Positions 29,720-40,185 of a stretch of 64,000 nt of DNA are shown here, in pieces. Every line of letters starts with the position of its first letter. Position 1 is the stretch's first letter. A program made the position numbers and the translations under genes. The stretch is from an uncultured delta proteobacterium (GTDB lineage: Bacteria > Desulfobacterota > Binatia > Binatales > Binataceae): assembly GCA_963794325.1 (NCBI GenBank), contig CAWCDG010000004.1, forward strand, positions 1,888,001-1,952,000. Reading direction: 5' to 3'. The notes under the pieces were generated by a model. That model ran no database searches. It saw only the letters and a list, made by a program, of their open reading frames with translations, and was not told where the DNA came from.

Positions 29720-31204
29720 TTATCGCGGGGCAGAACCGCGCCGGGCGGTCGTCCAGTAGTAAATCGGGATGCCGCTCAAGGCGATCAACAATCCCGCCCA
29801 ACTGGCAAGTGGCTTCAGGATCAGCAAATCGACCATAAGCGCGGAGGCCGCGACGACATAAAGCGCGGGAACGATTGGGTAGCCCCATGCTCGGTACGGA
29901 CGCGGCGCGTCGGGAAGGCGGCGACGCAGCACGAAGACCGCCGAGACCGTCAGCACGTAAAACATCAGCTGCGCAAAGATCACGTAGTCGAGCAGATCAG
30001 AATAAGTCCCCGACAAGGTCAGGGCCGCAGCCCAGATTCCCTGCATCACGAGTGCGACTGCGGGCACCCTCGCGCGATTGAGACGTCCGGCCGCGGCGAA
30101 GAAGACCCGGTCCTGCGACATCGCGTAGATGACGCGAGCGCCCGTCAGTATCAGTCCGTTGGCGCATCCGAAGGTGGAGATCATCACCAGGATTGCGGTT
30201 ATCTTCGCGCCCGCGCCGCCCCATACTACCTCCATCGCGGCGGCTGCGACGCGATCGCTCGATGCGTGCGCGATTCCCCGTCCCACTACCGTCGCGGCGT
30301 CGGCGGCACCCGAGGCCGGCAGCTCGCAGAGGTAGGCGAGGTTGCTGAGGATATAGAGCGCGATCACCAGGCCGGTCCCGAACGCGAGCGCCAGTGGAAG
30401 ATCGCGCTTGGGATTGCGCACCTCGGTGGCAACGAAGGTGGCGCTCGCCCACGCGTCGGCTGAGAACAATGCGCCGACCATCGCGGCGCCGAAAATCCCG
30501 GCTCCGGCGATCGACATCGAAGGGCTGCCGAAGAAGGCGGTCGAGCTGCCGAAGTTCGCGTGAATCGCGGTGGGATTCGGCGCGAGGATGCATCCGACGG
30601 CGACGATCAAACATAGCGAGAGAATTTTCGCGGTGGTGAAGGAGTTCTGCAGCCATTTGCCCATGTCGAGGCCGCGCAGATTGGCCGCGGTGAGAATTGC
30701 GATAACTGCAATCGCGCCGGCGCGCTCGCCTGACAATCCAGCGCCGCCGACACCGAACCACAGGCTCGAGCCAAGCACCGGCCACATCACTCCGGCGAAT
30801 CGCGCGAACGCAACTGCGACCGCCGCGATGGTGCCGGTCTGGATGACGAGCAGGAGCGTCCAGCCGAACATGAACGCCCACATCCCGCTGTAAGCCTCGC
30901 GCAGATAGACGTACTGGCCGCCCGCGGCGGGCATCATCGCGGCGAGCTCGCCGTACGCGAGTGCGCCCGCAATCGTCATCACGCCGGCGATCAGCCAGAT
31001 CATCAGCAGGGCGAAAGGGGTGCCGACCTGGCGCGTGATATCGGCGGAGACGATGAAGATGCCCGAGCCGATCATCGAGCCGGCGACCAGAGTCACCGAG
31101 TCGAAGAGAGAGAGGCCTCGTTTCAGCTGTTCGGAGGAAGGTCCAACTTGAGGAGCGGTCGCCATCGCGACGAGCATCGTAGCAGTAGTGGCGGGCGCCT
31201 GCAT
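29720..31204 (-). CDS. APC-family amino acid permease (start may be 31165)
   Basis: GSMIGSGIF, YGELAAMMPAAGGQYVYL, ~12 TM, RPYRAWGYP. Confidence 0.92.
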   Translation of the reverse strand: MQAPATTATMLVAMATAPQVGPSSEQLKRGLSLFDSVTLVAGSMIGSGIFIVSADITRQVGTPFALLMIWLIAGVMTIAGALAYGELAAMMPAAGGQYVYLREAYSGMWAFMFGWTLLLVIQTGTIAAVAVAFARFAGVMWPVLGSSLWFGVGGAGLSGERAGAIAVIAILTAANLRGLDMGKWLQNSFTTAKILSLCLIVAVGCILAPNPTAIHANFGSSTAFFGSPSMSIAGAGIFGAAMVGALFSADAWASATFVATEVRNPKRDLPLALAFGTGLVIALYILSNLAYLCELPASGAADAATVVGRGIAHASSDRVAAAAMEVVWGGAGAKITAILVMISTFGCANGLILTGARVIYAMSQDRVFFAAAGRLNRARVPAVALVMQGIWAAALTLSGTYSDLLDYVIFAQLMFYVLTVSAVFVLRRRLPDAPRPYRAWGYPIVPALYVVAASALMVDLLILKPLASWAGLLIALSGIPIYYWTTARRGSAPR

Positions 31205-31295
31205 CTAAGCGACGGGAGAATCATCCACATTGATCTAATCGGCCAACCGGACTTAGCTGGAAATCCCAGCAAATGCTTGCAAGCGGAGGCCCGCG

Positions 31296-31838
31296 ATGCC
31301 GACAAAGAAAAAACCGATGACAAGAAGGAAGGCTGCCAAGAAAAATCCCGCGCCCAGGCAACTCGCGCAGTTACGCAAGACCGTAAAGGAACTGCGCGTC
31401 AAGCTCGAGCGCGAGACGAAGGCGCGAAAGATCGAGGTGCGGGTGAAGAGCGAAGCGCAGAAAGCGCGCGCGCAACTGGCGTCGCAGATCGCGGCATTGC
31501 GCGAGCAGGGGCGCCGCCTCGCCAGCAATCTGAAGACGGCGCTGGGTGACGCCAGCAAGCGCGACGCGGCGCGTCAGCAGGCGATCTCGAAAATTGCGGA
31601 GCTCAAGGCTGAGTATGCCAGGAAGTCAGCGGGTATGAGGTCGGAATTATCGCGCGCCACGGCGGCGCTGTCGCGCAAATCCGAGGAGCTGAGGAAGCTC
31701 GCGGGAGAAGCGGCGCATCGCGCAGTCGAGATAATTCGCAGCGAAGAGCCTCACGCGGCACCGGAGGTGCAAGGCACCAGCGGTTCAGAGCCCGTCGGCG
31801 CGATGGACGACGAAAAGGACCCTGACGAAGAGCAGTAG
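31296..31838 (+). CDS. Hypothetical basic coiled-coil protein
   Basis: RBS GGAGG; Lys/Arg/Ala-rich helical sequence with an acidic tail. Confidence 0.65.
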   Translation: MPTKKKPMTRRKAAKKNPAPRQLAQLRKTVKELRVKLERETKARKIEVRVKSEAQKARAQLASQIAALREQGRRLASNLKTALGDASKRDAARQQAISKIAELKAEYARKSAGMRSELSRATAALSRKSEELRKLAGEAAHRAVEIIRSEEPHAAPEVQGTSGSEPVGAMDDEKDPDEEQ

Positions 31839-31994
31839 CTGGAGGATGAGGATTGAAACGGGCCGGACGACGCCTGGCTCACTTTCATCCGCGTAAAACG
31901 GATTCGGTGGATTCTCTCCAGCGCCGTTCAGCGAGTCTCCCGCGCGCCGTCGGCTCTTGCGGCGCGCGGGAACCCGCTCAGGAAACGAAGTTAA

Positions 31995-32195
31995 TTACGG
32001 CGCAGCCGGGCTGGCCGCAGGACTTGCGGCGTCGCTCGCCACGGCACTGGACGCCGCGGCGCCGGCATCGCTGGCCATGGCCGCAGGCGCGGCTGCGGAC
32101 GCGGCGGCGTCGGGCGCGGGGGCCGTCTCTTCGGACTTGCTGCAGGCCGTCGCGAAAAACATCGTAACTAATGCTAGAAGCAGGACCTTGCGCAT
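31995..32195 (-). CDS. Small Ala/Ser/Pro-rich lipoprotein (66 aa)
   Basis: RBS AAGGAG; MRKVLLLALVTMFFATA-C lipobox. Confidence 0.75.
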   Translation of the reverse strand: MRKVLLLALVTMFFATACSKSEETAPAPDAAASAAAPAAMASDAGAAASSAVASDAASPAASPAAP

Positions 32196-32424
32196 CGCTT
32201 TCTCCTTGGTTGGTGGGTGCTCAGTTGAGCGCGCAAATCTAGAAACGGGGCAAAGAATACGATAGGTGCGGAACAACTTCAAGCATGAGTTTCGCCCCTC
32301 ACTCAGCACTATTTCAGCATGGAACGGCGTCGGTCGGCAAGAAAATTTTTGACTATTCCGTGCGCATCTGTATGATTCGATCAATATTTACCGTCTTAGG
32401 GGCGGATGTGGTGGAGGTGGCAGG

Positions 32425-32655
32425 GTGGAAGAGCGGCGTCCTATTTTCGCGGGCATCGGGCTCGCAAATCGTCACAATTCTCTAATCGTCGAACACGAGA
32501 TCGACATGGTGCGAAGCTCGGAGCGTCCGGTGGCGGGCGTGCCGACACTCACGCGAATTCGCAACTGGCTGATGCCGTCGGGGCGGCTGGTAGCTCCGCC
32601 GATGCGATCGGTGGCGCGGGAACTCGAAGAAGCCTTTCCGAGCCGCGACCTCTAG
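32425..32655 (+). CDS. Small hypothetical protein
   Basis: GGAGG upstream of GTG; fills the gap before the Rid gene; no recognisable motif. Confidence 0.4.
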   Translation: MEERRPIFAGIGLANRHNSLIVEHEIDMVRSSERPVAGVPTLTRIRNWLMPSGRLVAPPMRSVARELEEAFPSRDL

Positions 32656-32697
32656 CGGCGAATCGCGCGCGTACTGATCGCGAAGAGGGAGATTACG

Positions 32698-33207
32698 ATG
32701 AGCGCGATCTCGCGAATCTCGACTAACGCGCCGTGGGAGCCGATCGTCGGCTATTCGCGGCTGGTGCGGGCTGGCGACATTGTCGCGGTCTCGGGCACGA
32801 CGGCCACTGACGAGCGCGGGATGATCGTCGGCGCGGGACAGATGTACGTGCAGGCGCGCCAGGCGCTGGTCAATATTCGCGCGGCGCTCGAGCGCGCGGG
32901 CCTCACGATGCATCAGGTGATTCGCACGCGGATGTTCGTTACCGACATGAGCCGTTTCCGGGAAGCAGCTCGCGCGCACAAGGAATTCTTTGCCGATTCG
33001 CCTCCCGCATCGACGGTGGTCGAAGTTCGGCGGCTCGCGAATCCCGACATGATGATCGAGATCGAAGCCGACGCGTACGCGGGCGCCGCGAATAGTCCGG
33101 CGTCGATCGCGAAGCCTAAGGCGGCTATCAAACCAAAGGCGGCGGCGAAAACGCAGAAGAAATCCGCAAAGAAGCCGGCGTCGAAGAAGCCTACGCGCCG
33201 CAAGTAG
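32698..33207 (+). CDS. RidA/YjgF-family protein with Lys-rich C-terminal tail
   Basis: WEPIVGYSR, VSGTT, VIRTRMFVTD, PASTVVEV, IEIEA. Confidence 0.9.
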   Translation: MSAISRISTNAPWEPIVGYSRLVRAGDIVAVSGTTATDERGMIVGAGQMYVQARQALVNIRAALERAGLTMHQVIRTRMFVTDMSRFREAARAHKEFFADSPPASTVVEVRRLANPDMMIEIEADAYAGAANSPASIAKPKAAIKPKAAAKTQKKSAKKPASKKPTRRK

Positions 33208-33220
33208 CGGCAATAGCCAG

Positions 33221-34717
33221 TTACGGGTCGAAGGCTGCGGTGTGGAGTCCTTCGGCACCGCCGGCGGAATGGAAGGCGTTCGCGGCGGATGCCATGTAAG
33301 GCTCGGGATAAACTCCAATCAGGATCGTAGCCAAAGCGGCAAGTCCGATTGCAGCGACCAGCGCGGGGCGAGTACTCAGTCGCTTCACTTCGAGGCCGCC
33401 CTCCTGCATATACATCGCGACTAATACATAAAAGTAGTAATAGGCAGAGACTACACTATTGAGTACTGCGATTATTACCAGTGCGGAATATCCTTGCTGC
33501 AACGCTTCGCTGAAAATATAGAACTTGCCGACGAAGCCGGCGGTGGGCGGAACCCCGGACAGCGAGAGCATAAAGATCGCCATCGCGCCTGCGAGCAACG
33601 GCTGTCGCGCGGCGAGGCCGCGGAAGTCGCTAATCTGATTACCCACTTCGTTGCGCCGTTCGAGCGCAATGACTACTGCGAATGCGCCGAGATTGGTGAA
33701 TGCGTATCCGAGCAGGTAGTACAGAATCGCCGGTCCCGATCGCACGCCGGCCGCCATGCCGAGCAGCAAATAACCGGCGTGCGCGATCGCGGAGTACGCA
33801 AGCATCCGCTTGATATTGGTCTGGACGACGGCGATTACATTTCCCGCGGTCATGGTCAGCGCCGCGATTACCCACAACACCGCCTGCCAGTGCGCGCCCA
33901 CGGTTGAAAAATCAACCAGGAAAACGCGGACAAAAGCGGCGAACGCCGCCAGCTTCACGCCCACCGCCATGAACGCGGTGACCGGCGTCGGCGCGCCTTC
34001 GTAAACGTCGGGCGTCCACATGTGAAATGGCACCGCGGCAACCTTGAAGCCAAACCCGATCACCATCATGCCGATGCCCAGGAGCAGCAGCGGGTTCGAA
34101 CTGAGCGCGCCGGAAGCGAGCGCGTCGTGGATCGGGCCGAGCTTGATCGAGCCGGTTGCGCCATAGACCAAAGCGATTCCATAGAGCAGGAAGCCGGTCG
34201 AGAACGCGCCGAGCAGAAAATATTTGATCGCGGCCTCATTCGACTTCGGGTTGCGACGCATCATTCCCGCCAGCACGTAAACGGGAATCGACATCGTCTC
34301 GAGGCCGAGGAAGATGACGATAAGATCGCCGGCCGCCGCCATCAGCATCATGCCGAGCGCGGAGAACAATAGCAGCGAATAGTATTCGGCGCCCGGGATG
34401 TGGTTCTCGGCGGCGTAATCGAGCGACATCATCACGGTGAACATCGCGGCGATCAAAATCGCGAGCTCGAAAAATGCGGAGAAGCTATCGATCGAAATCG
34501 CGCCGTCGAAAGCAATGCCGTTCTGGCCGAAGATTCCGAGGGTGAATATGAATGCGACGCCGAGCGCGGCGAGGGTCACCAGGCCGAGCCCCTCGCTTTC
34601 ACTGTCCTCGACGTGCACGCCGACCAGAAGCACCACGATCGCAGCGAGGGCCACGATGACCATCGGCAGGACGGGCAGCCAGACGAAGTTGATCGCAGCG
34701 AGATTGAACTGAGTCAT
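33221..34717 (-). CDS. nuoN: NADH-quinone oxidoreductase subunit N
   Basis: EAAIKYFLLGAF, FKVAAVPFHMWTPDVYEGAP, KRMLAYS. Confidence 0.95.
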   Translation of the reverse strand: MTQFNLAAINFVWLPVLPMVIVALAAIVVLLVGVHVEDSESEGLGLVTLAALGVAFIFTLGIFGQNGIAFDGAISIDSFSAFFELAILIAAMFTVMMSLDYAAENHIPGAEYYSLLLFSALGMMLMAAAGDLIVIFLGLETMSIPVYVLAGMMRRNPKSNEAAIKYFLLGAFSTGFLLYGIALVYGATGSIKLGPIHDALASGALSSNPLLLLGIGMMVIGFGFKVAAVPFHMWTPDVYEGAPTPVTAFMAVGVKLAAFAAFVRVFLVDFSTVGAHWQAVLWVIAALTMTAGNVIAVVQTNIKRMLAYSAIAHAGYLLLGMAAGVRSGPAILYYLLGYAFTNLGAFAVVIALERRNEVGNQISDFRGLAARQPLLAGAMAIFMLSLSGVPPTAGFVGKFYIFSEALQQGYSALVIIAVLNSVVSAYYYFYVLVAMYMQEGGLEVKRLSTRPALVAAIGLAALATILIGVYPEPYMASAANAFHSAGGAEGLHTAAFDP

Positions 34718-36285
34718 CGGACGGCCGCCGCTATCACCGGTTCGTGAGTGAGTATTGGCCGAGTAGCTATTCGATTCGGATGCCGTTCACGCTCGATTTG
34801 CGCCTGCGCGAAATTCGCCCGCGAGAGCATCGCAGTCACCGACGGTTCCATCCGGCTGATGAGCGGGCGCGGGAAAAGTCCCATGAAAAACATCAGCGCA
34901 ATCACCGGCACCATCACGGCAATCTCGCGGCCGGTAAGATCGCTGATGGTTTCGTTCACCGCCTTGACGATCGGCCCGAACCACACGCGCTCGTAGGTCC
35001 AGAGCATGTAGAGCGCTTCCAGTATGACGCCGACGACTGCGATAACTACCGCCAGCCTGAGTCGAATGAAGGCGCCGAGCATAATCAGGAACTCGCCGAC
35101 GAAGCCGTTTAGGCCGGGCAGACCGATCGACGAGAGCATAACGACCATAAATATTGCGGCGAAAACGGGGACGCGCTTCCACAGGCCGCCGAATTCGGAA
35201 ATCTCGCGCGTGTGACGCCTCATGTAGAGCATCCCGACCAGCAAAAATAGTCCGCCGGTGGAAACGCCGTGATTGAGCATCTGGTAAATCGCGCCGTCGA
35301 TGCCTTCGGGGTTGAGCGCGAAAATTCCGAGCATCACGAAACCCAAGTGGCTAACCGACGAATAGGCAATCAGGCGTTTGAGGTCGGGCTGCATCATCGC
35401 GACCAACGCGCCGTAGATGATTCCGATCACCGCGAGCGCCATGAACAGCGGGATGGCCTCGACGGCGACGGTTGGAAACAACGGAATCGCGAAACGCAGA
35501 AATCCGTAGGTGCCCATCTTGAGCATCACGCCCGCGAGGATCACGGAGCCGGCGGTCGGCGCATTGGTGTGAGCGTCGGGCAGCCAGGTATGCACCGGCC
35601 ACATCGGGACTTTGATCGCGAACGCGAGCGCGAACGCAGCGAACAGCCAGCGTGCCTGGGTGGTGGTGAGCGGCACCTGGTAGAGCAGCGGCAAATCGAA
35701 GCTGGTGCGGTTGAAATGCACGTGCGCCTGGTACACGAGATACAGGATTGCGACCAGCATCAGCAGCGAGCCGACCATCGTGAACAACACGAACTTGATA
35801 GCCGCGTAAATCCTGCGGCCGTGGCCCCAGATGCCGATCAGGAAGTACATCGGGATCAGCATGATTTCCCAGAACATGTAGAACAGGAACAAATCGATGG
35901 AGAGCAGGGTGCCGAGCAAGCCGGTCTCGAGCACCAGCATGAAAAAACAGAACTCGCGCGGACGCTCTTCGATATCGCCGCCGCCGGAGTAGAGGATCGA
36001 CAGAGTAATCAGGATAGTAGTCAGTAGAACCAGGAACAGACTAATGCCGTCGATACCAATATGGTACGAAATGCCAAAACTGGGTATCCAGTCGTATTGC
36101 TCGGCGAACTGGTAGTCGGCCATCTGCGGACTGAATTCATAGAGAACGTAGAAACTGAGCGCGAGCGGGAGCAGCGAGAAGATGAACGCGGAGTTCCAAA
36201 TCGCGCGCTCTTCGTTCTGCATAAGAATGAAGAGCGCGCCGACCAGCGGCAGGAAAATCAAAGCCGTGAGCACACCGCCGTTCAT
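34714..36285 (-). CDS. nuoM: NADH-quinone oxidoreductase subunit M
   Basis: GIDGIS, FWEIMLIPM, HTWLPDAH, LKMGTYG, PGLNGFVGEF. Confidence 0.95.
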   Translation of the reverse strand: MNGGVLTALIFLPLVGALFILMQNEERAIWNSAFIFSLLPLALSFYVLYEFSPQMADYQFAEQYDWIPSFGISYHIGIDGISLFLVLLTTILITLSILYSGGGDIEERPREFCFFMLVLETGLLGTLLSIDLFLFYMFWEIMLIPMYFLIGIWGHGRRIYAAIKFVLFTMVGSLLMLVAILYLVYQAHVHFNRTSFDLPLLYQVPLTTTQARWLFAAFALAFAIKVPMWPVHTWLPDAHTNAPTAGSVILAGVMLKMGTYGFLRFAIPLFPTVAVEAIPLFMALAVIGIIYGALVAMMQPDLKRLIAYSSVSHLGFVMLGIFALNPEGIDGAIYQMLNHGVSTGGLFLLVGMLYMRRHTREISEFGGLWKRVPVFAAIFMVVMLSSIGLPGLNGFVGEFLIMLGAFIRLRLAVVIAVVGVILEALYMLWTYERVWFGPIVKAVNETISDLTGREIAVMVPVIALMFFMGLFPRPLISRMEPSVTAMLSRANFAQAQIERERHPNRIATRPILTHEPVIAAAVR

Positions 36286-38204
36286 CGGCCCATCACCAGG
36301 AACATGTAGTAGGCGACGATCCCCAACGCGCCGAGCAGGTAAACGAATGCGTAGTGCTGGACGTTGCCGGTCTCGGCGCGACGCGCGACCTGCCCTCCGG
36401 TCTCAACGGCCAGCCCGGTACCCTCGGCGGCGCCGTCGATCATGTAGGTGTCGATCGCGCGGTTGAGGACATTTTGCGAGATCCAGAACAGCGGCCGCGT
36501 GACGATGAGATTATACACTTCGTCGATGTAGTACTTATTGAGTAGCAAGTCGTAGGCAGGCTTGAGCCGCCACGCGAGCAGGAACGGAATCCCCGGCAAG
36601 CGAATGTACAAGATGTACGCAAACAGAATTCCGATGATGGGAGCTGCGAGCGGCAGGGACCGGGAAATCGCACCTTCCTCGAGGATCGGTTTGAAGGTGC
36701 CGACGACGGGCGCGAGGAATCGCACGAACGCATTTCCCCACAGGATTCCGTCGGGAAGATTGACCCACCCGCCAACCGTCGCGAGAATAGCCAGTACGAT
36801 TAACGGAATAGTCATTACAGCGGGCGATTCGTGGATGTGATGTTCCTTGTCAGGTTCGACGCGCGAGTCGCCGAAGAACGTCATGAACATCAGCCGGAAC
36901 ATGTAGAACGACGTGAGCCCCGCGGTAATCACACCGAGAAACCAGAGCCACCAATGCCCGGATTCGTACGCGGCTTCGAGGATTAGGTCCTTGGAAAAAT
37001 AACCGGAGAAAGGAGGCAGGGCCGAGATCGCGAGCGTCGCGATGAACATCGTCCAGAACGTGATCGGGATCTTGCGGCGCAATCCGCCCATCTTGTTCAT
37101 GTCCTGCTCGCCGCCGAGCGCGTGAATCACTGAGCCGGCGCACAGGAACAGCAAGCCTTTGAAGAACGCATGCGTCATGACGTGGAAGATTCCCGACGTA
37201 TACGCGCCCGAGCCGACGCCGAGAAACATGTAGCCGAGCTGGCTGATGGTCGAGTAGGCGAGCACTTTCTTGATGTCTGGCTGGACGATCGCGATAGTAG
37301 CCGCGAACAGCGCGGTCAACGTGCCAACCGTCGCAACCAGATCGAGGGTGCTGGGCGCGAGCGTGAAAAGAAAACCGAGCCGCGCGACCATGTACACGCC
37401 GGCGGTGACCATCGTCGCCGCGTGGATCAGCGCGCTGACAGGAGTCGGGCCGACCATCGCATCGGGCAGCCATACGTAGAGCGGAATCTGCGCCGACTTG
37501 CCGGTCGCGCCAATGAAGAGAAGGAAGCATGCTGCGGTCGTGGCCGCTCCGCCGAGCAGCGCGGCATTGTTGTGAAGCTCGACGAAGTTGAGCGTCCAGA
37601 CGCCGTGCGCGCCGAGCGTCCCGACGATCGTGAACATGCCGAGCAGAAAGCCCGCGTCACCAATTCGGTTGACGACGAATGCCTTGCGGCCGTTATAGGC
37701 GAACTGAGGATTAGTGTACCAAAATGCGATTAGCAAGTAGGAACATAGTCCGACGCCTTCCCACCCTACGAACATCATTAGTAAGTTGTCCGCAAGAATG
37801 AGTATCAACATCGATAGTGCGAACAGGTTCATGTAGGTAAAGTAGCGCGCGAAATCCTCGTCGTGCGCCATGTACCCGACTGAGTAAAGATGGATTAGTG
37901 CGCCGACCCCAGTGACTATCATCAGCATCACGCCGGATAGTGCGTCGACGCGCAGGCCCAGGTCGGCGTGAAAGCGGCCAGCCTCGATCCATCCCCATAA
38001 ATGCATGGCGAGCGCGCCGCCTGGGGGCATCGCGAGCAGCTTCACAAATGCCCACGTCGCAACGCCGAATGCGGCGAACATCACGCCCGGACCGACGAGG
38101 TTGACTGCGGTGCGTCCCCATCTGGCGCCGAGGAAGAGGTTGAACACGACGCCGAGCGCGGGGAACAGCAGGATTAGCGAGAGTGCTGGAAACTCAACTG
38201 TCAT
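36282..38204 (-). CDS. nuoL: NADH-quinone oxidoreductase subunit L
   Basis: GWEGVGLCSY, GKSAQIPLYVWLPDAMVGPTPVSALIHAATMV, HAFFK. Confidence 0.95.
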   Translation of the reverse strand: MTVEFPALSLILLFPALGVVFNLFLGARWGRTAVNLVGPGVMFAAFGVATWAFVKLLAMPPGGALAMHLWGWIEAGRFHADLGLRVDALSGVMLMIVTGVGALIHLYSVGYMAHDEDFARYFTYMNLFALSMLILILADNLLMMFVGWEGVGLCSYLLIAFWYTNPQFAYNGRKAFVVNRIGDAGFLLGMFTIVGTLGAHGVWTLNFVELHNNAALLGGAATTAACFLLFIGATGKSAQIPLYVWLPDAMVGPTPVSALIHAATMVTAGVYMVARLGFLFTLAPSTLDLVATVGTLTALFAATIAIVQPDIKKVLAYSTISQLGYMFLGVGSGAYTSGIFHVMTHAFFKGLLFLCAGSVIHALGGEQDMNKMGGLRRKIPITFWTMFIATLAISALPPFSGYFSKDLILEAAYESGHWWLWFLGVITAGLTSFYMFRLMFMTFFGDSRVEPDKEHHIHESPAVMTIPLIVLAILATVGGWVNLPDGILWGNAFVRFLAPVVGTFKPILEEGAISRSLPLAAPIIGILFAYILYIRLPGIPFLLAWRLKPAYDLLLNKYYIDEVYNLIVTRPLFWISQNVLNRAIDTYMIDGAAEGTGLAVETGGQVARRAETGNVQHYAFVYLLGALGIVAYYMFLVMGR

Positions 38205-38228
38205 AGGCTATCTTTCACCAGTCACCAG

Positions 38229-38531
38229 TCACCATCTCAGAAGCGTCAAATCGTCGGCATGGACGGTCCCGCGATTGCGGAAAACCGAGATGATGATTCC
38301 CAGACCAATCGCCGACTCCGCCGCCGCGACAGTCATGACAAAGAAGACGATCACCTGACCGTCCATCGAGCCGAGCCGGCTGCCGAGCGCGATGAAAGTG
38401 AGATTTACCGCATTGAGCATCAGCTCGATCGACATGAACATCACGATGATGTTGCGCCGAATGATCACGCCAGCAACGCCGATGGCGAAGATGATAGCGC
38501 TCAGCGACATCATGTAGTTCAGCGGAATCAT
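38229..38531 (-). CDS. nuoK: NADH-quinone oxidoreductase subunit K
   Basis: RRNIIVMFMSIELMLNAVN, VAAAESAIGL. Confidence 0.95.
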   Translation of the reverse strand: MIPLNYMMSLSAIIFAIGVAGVIIRRNIIVMFMSIELMLNAVNLTFIALGSRLGSMDGQVIVFFVMTVAAAESAIGLGIIISVFRNRGTVHADDLTLLRW

Positions 38532-39067
38532 GATGCGAGCTTCTCCAGGGCGCGCTCGCGATCCTCGGCCGTGACCGGCAGCCGCCGCGCGAGCGCGATC
38601 GAGCCGACCACCGCGGCCAGCAGCAGCACCGAGGTCACCTCGAAAGCGACAAGGTAATCGGTGAACAGCTTGCCCGCGAGACTCGCGAGCGAACCGTAGC
38701 CCGCGGGCTCGTGCGTGAACTTCACCTGCATGCGGACGGGCGTGAGGATGAAAAACAACTCGGTCACGAGCAACGCAGCCGCGAGCGAGCCGAAAGCCTT
38801 TAGCGCGAGATGGCCGGTCGGTCCGGTTTCGACTTGAAGATTCAAGAGCCAAATCACGAACAGAAACAGAACCATGATCGCGCCGGCGTAAACGATGATT
38901 TGCAGGAAGCCGACGACAACGGCGTCCTCGCCGATGAACAGAATCGCGATGATCAAGAGCGTCGAGATCAGCGCCAGCAGCGAGTGAATCGGATTGCGCT
39001 GGACGATCACGCCGAGCGCCGAGACGATCGCCAACGCGCCGAGAAAGATGTAGAGGAACGGCGGCAT
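38528..39067 (-). CDS. nuoJ: NADH-quinone oxidoreductase subunit J
   Basis: NPIHS, QIIVYAGAIMVLFLFVI, FEVTSVLLL. Confidence 0.95.
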   Translation of the reverse strand: MPPFLYIFLGALAIVSALGVIVQRNPIHSLLALISTLLIIAILFIGEDAVVVGFLQIIVYAGAIMVLFLFVIWLLNLQVETGPTGHLALKAFGSLAAALLVTELFFILTPVRMQVKFTHEPAGYGSLASLAGKLFTDYLVAFEVTSVLLLAAVVGSIALARRLPVTAEDRERALEKLAS

Positions 39068-40185
39068 CAGTGGACTCTCCCGGTTGCGAGCACGACGAAG
39101 AATGCGGTCAGCAGCACGTTGAGCAGGCCGAGCGGCACCAGCCCCTTCCATCCCAGGTGCATCAACTGATCGTAGCGGAAGCGCGGCAGGGTCCATCGCA
39201 CCATGCCGAGGAAGATGCACAGCGCGACGACCTTCACCAGGAATGCGACGACGCCGAGAATCGAGACGGCGAGTGCGGGAACCGCGAGGAATGCGCCGCC
39301 CGGCAGATGAAATCCGTCGCGCATGAGCCATGGAATTTGCCATCCGCCGAGGAAAAACGTCGTGAGTAGCATCGCGACGAGTGCTTGCTCGGCGAAATCG
39401 GTGAGCATGAAGACCGCCTGCTTGCCGCCGGAGTACTCGGTGAAATAGCCCTGGATCAATTCGGAGTCAGCCTCTGGCAGGTCGAAGGGGATGCGCTTGG
39501 ATTCCGCGGCGCCCGCCACCAGCAGGAGAATGAAGGCGAGCGGCTGCATGAAAATTCCCCATCGCGGCAGAAATCCGAACCATACGCCGCCTTGCCCGCG
39601 CACGATTTCCTGCAAGTTCAGCGTGCCGAAGGTCATGATGACCGACACGATCGCGAGGCCCATCGCGAGCTCGTACGAGATCATCTGCGCGGTCGCGCGA
39701 ATCCCGCCGAGCAGGGCCCATCGATTGTTCGACGACCATCCTGCGAGCGCGACGCCGTACACGCCGAGTCCGATCGTCGCGAGCAGATAGAGTGCGCCGG
39801 AGTTGAGGTTGGCGGCCTCGAGCCCGATGCGATGACCGCCGATCGAAATCGTGTCGCCGAAAGGGATCACAACGAAGGTGATCATCACCGGGAACAGCGC
39901 GAGGAACGGCGCGAGCGTGTGCAAAAATTTGTCGGCGCCGTCCGGCACGAAATCTTCCTTGGTGAACATTTTTACCGGGTCGGCGATGGTGGTGTTGATG
40001 ATGCCGAGGTTGGGCATCCCCATGCGCTTGCCGAGGCCGGTGATGGTGACGCGATTCGAGCCGATGCGATCCTGGATGAGCGCGCTGCCTTTGCGCTCGA
40101 AGTAGAGCAGGAACAGCGACAGGTTCAATCCGAGCACGATCATCAGGATCGCTTTGATCGCGCCGGCGATTAATTCAATTGTCAC
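39067..40185 (-). CDS. nuoH: NADH-quinone oxidoreductase subunit H
   Basis: ERK..ALIQDRIG, AQMISYE, PFDLPEADSEL, EYSG, PRFRYDQL; GTG start overlapping the end of nuoE. Confidence 0.95.
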   Translation of the reverse strand: MTIELIAGAIKAILMIVLGLNLSLFLLYFERKGSALIQDRIGSNRVTITGLGKRMGMPNLGIINTTIADPVKMFTKEDFVPDGADKFLHTLAPFLALFPVMITFVVIPFGDTISIGGHRIGLEAANLNSGALYLLATIGLGVYGVALAGWSSNNRWALLGGIRATAQMISYELAMGLAIVSVIMTFGTLNLQEIVRGQGGVWFGFLPRWGIFMQPLAFILLLVAGAAESKRIPFDLPEADSELIQGYFTEYSGGKQAVFMLTDFAEQALVAMLLTTFFLGGWQIPWLMRDGFHLPGGAFLAVPALAVSILGVVAFLVKVVALCIFLGMVRWTLPRFRYDQLMHLGWKGLVPLGLLNVLLTAFFVVLATGRVH

